A stretch of DNA of 63,686 nt, filler included, from Octopus bimaculoides (lineage: Eukaryota), in the NCBI RefSeq assembly GCF_001194135.2. It is 7 parts of 7 records of this genome, joined end to end, with 100 filler letters (N's around TTAATTAATTAA, not from the genome) between each part and the next. Parts side by side here need not be neighbours in the genome. Positions count along the whole stretch, not along the records: positions 60,514 to 62,189 come from NW_026363011.1; positions 62,290 to 63,686 come from NW_026436821.1; 5 more parts are not named here. One strand, 5' to 3'. Under the pieces are notes generated by a model, which saw only the letters and a list, made by a program, of their open reading frames with translations, had not been told where the DNA came from and did no database searches. Positions 61,425 through 63,686 of the stretch are shown here, one piece after another. Each line of letters opens with the position of its first letter. Position 1 is the first letter of the stretch. The position numbers were made by a program, and so were the translations under genes.

Positions 61425-62189
61425 GCTGCATAGCCCTAATACCCCGTACAAGTAAACTTAACAGAACAAGGTATGAATATAAAATCTGTGACAAGAAAAT
61501 AAGTCATCTATTTTATATGGATGACTTAAAACTCTATGGCGAAGACGATAATGAGATTGAAGAACTACTATGTACTGTAAAAAAGCATTCAGTGATGACA
61601 CTGAGATAGAATTTGGGTTTGTTAAACGTGCCAAGGCCGCTTTCCAGAAAGGGAACTCATAAAAGACCTCGAGCAGGAACAAACTTACAAGTACCTCGGA
61701 GTAAGTGAAAGCTCTGGTATTCAGCATGCAAGTATGAAAGAGAAGACCCGGAAGGGGTCTTAGAGGAGAGTTCGAGCAGTCGTAAGATCCGAGTTAAATG
61801 CACGTAAGAAGGTGTTAGCTATAAATTCCTTAACAGTTCCGGTTGTTAGTTACAGTTTCAATGTGCTGAATTGGAATATAAGCGAAATAAGGAAGATTGG
61901 AGGGAAAATCCGCAAGCTGCTGACTTGCAATAAGGTGTACCACCCACAGGCAGACGCGGATCGTCTTTACCTACCGAGAGTTCAAGGAGGTCGAGGCTTG
62001 ATTCAATTTGAAATCTCCTACAAAACCACCACAAATTGAATGGCAAAATGTCTAGAAACATCTAACGACTAGTAGCTAAAGCTCGTTGAAAACGATGAAA
62101 GACGGAAGAAGCTACATTCTGTTATGAAAGAGAGCAAAATATCTTCAAGTGAGTTGAACAGCATGATAGAAGTGCTGCAACTGTAGTTG
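61425..62189 (+). mobile_element. Dong/R4-like LINE RT relic
   Basis: CIALIP..ISHLFYMDDLKLYG..AINSLTVPVVSYSF..NW....IR.IGGKIRKLLT.NK.YHPQADADRLYLPR..GGRGLI. Confidence 0.88.
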
Positions 62190-62289
62190 NNNNNNNNNNN
62201 NNNNNNNNNNNNNNNNNNNNNNNNNNNNNNNNNTTAATTAATTAANNNNNNNNNNNNNNNNNNNNNNNNNNNNNNNNNNNNNNNNNNNN
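62190..62289. other. Artificial 100-nt assembly linker
   Basis: 44N-TTAATTAATTAA-44N. Confidence 0.95.
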
Positions 62290-62334
62290 AACCCATGCTA
62301 GCATGGAAAGCGGACGTTAAACGATGATGATGAT

Positions 62335-62567
62335 TTACACGCAAACAATTTTCTGCCGAGCTAGCTTTTGCCTTGACGTGCAACAAGGCACAGGGACAGA
62401 CTTTTGAACAAATTAGAGGATATCTTCCGACACAATTCTTCTCACAAGGTCGGCTGTATGTTGCATCATCTCGAGTTCGAAAGACGGCTTATGTAAAAAT
62501 ATTGGCTGAGAGAAATGGAAACAGTATGATTACTGGCAATTGTGTCTCCAAGGAGCTACTACTTTAA
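62335..62567 (+). mobile_element. Helitron Pif1-like helicase C-terminal fragment
   Basis: FTRKQF...LAFALTCNKAQGQTFEQI..YLP..FFSQGRLYVASSRV..T.NCVSKELL*. Confidence 0.85.
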
Positions 62568-63440
62568 AGCAAAATGTGCTTTTAAGAAAGTTTCAATAAA
62601 TAGAATTAACACATAAATTATATGTAAAGTGACATATATTGTGTGGAATTAAATTGTTTTGGCATATTTCAACACATGCCGAATGAATGATATCGTTATA
62701 TTTGATCATTTTAAATTTAGGTATATCTGAAAAAGTAAGGAAACGTCATTCCCATGTGTTCTCACACGACCAGACTTTTGTGTGTGTGAGTGTGAGTGTG
62801 TGTATCCCTCCCTCCCTCCATCCATCCATCCATCCATCTTTCTATCTATCTATTTATCTATCAATCTATCTATCTACACCTAAGTAAGTTCTGCCAATTA
62901 TTAATGATAAATATATATAACAGATTGACTCTTTAAAAAAGAGAGATTATGACATAAAATAATGAAAGCAATATTTACAAAGCAAGCTAACACTATTATA
63001 CAAAGAAATAGTTAGACGTAAAATATCATTAAAATATTAGAATTGGGAATCAAATGTGGAAATATTATCGAGTGGCTAGCAGAAAACCGCCCGGGGAGTC
63101 TTTCTGCCAATGAACGTAAGCAGTCCAATAGAATTAACTCCCTTGCAAACATCTAAGGGAGGTAACTCTTTCTAATTCGGTATGAAACAATATCTTCTGC
63201 TCGTCATGTATACTTGCAGCGAATTCAAATAAAATGCTGATACCTCGCAAAAGTGAAAGACACATTAGATAATATAAACCAAGAGACACTATGCCTAAAT
63301 AAAATTAAAAAAAAAAAAAAGAGATAGTTACGGCTGGAATTCTAATGCTTATCTGAAAATCTGGCGAGAAAGTTTTAGATCCCACAAACAATGTCACCTG
63401 GCCTTGTCTGTGACGGTTGTGTACAATTTCTATATTTTAA

Positions 63441-63646
63441 GGTGACGAGCTGACAGAATCGACAGCATGTCGGGGAAAATGCTTTGCGACATTTCGTCCG
63501 TCTTTACGTTCTGGATTCAAATCCCGTGGAGGATCGATTCTGCCTTTTATCCTTTAGGCGTCGATAAAATAAGAGCCAGTTGAACACTGGGGTCCATGTA
63601 ATCGACTTACCCCGCTCCCCCTAAATTGCTGGCCTTGCGCCAAAAT
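63441..63646 (+). mobile_element. SINE family A, near full length
   Basis: A-box-like GACGAGCTGACAGAA, B-box-like GGATTCAAATCCC, tail ACTGGGGTC.ATGTAATCGACTTACCCC. Confidence 0.82.
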
Positions 63647-63686
63647 ATCTATCTATTTGTGGGGTGTGTGTGTGTGTGTGTGTGTG

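Noticed and set aside
63076-63100. Second reversed Helitron 3' end (CTAG..CGCCCGGGG)
   Set aside because: The subterminal hairpin is incomplete; too weak to call.

Overview
AT-rich, microsatellite-dense eukaryotic genomic DNA from a gappy draft assembly. Repeat content suggests a coleoid cephalopod, probably Octopus; this is an inference. I found no convincing host protein-coding exon, tRNA, rRNA or CRISPR array. Six artificial 100-nt linkers (44 N + TTAATTAATTAA + 44 N) split the window into seven pieces whose adjacency may not be real. The recognisable content is a transposable-element graveyard: Penelope-like elements (RT and GIY-YIG), RTE, CR1-like, L1/Tx1-like and Dong/R4-like LINEs, two mariners, a Buster/Charlie-type hAT transposase, Helitron fragments, several tRNA-derived SINE families and two foldback elements. 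The most interesting signal is a dispersed set of type I hammerhead ribozyme motifs. Three have a complete core and helix I (28787-28872 minus, 32985-33089 minus, 56407-56487 plus), and there are several decayed or deleted relatives. They share a palindromic, dimer-type helix III and a long AU-rich helix II. The three intact motifs, whose stems are unrelated in sequence, also share a U10.1-U11.1 mismatch. Hammerheads in Penelope-like elements are established knowledge; I cannot tell from the sequence whether this variant has been described.
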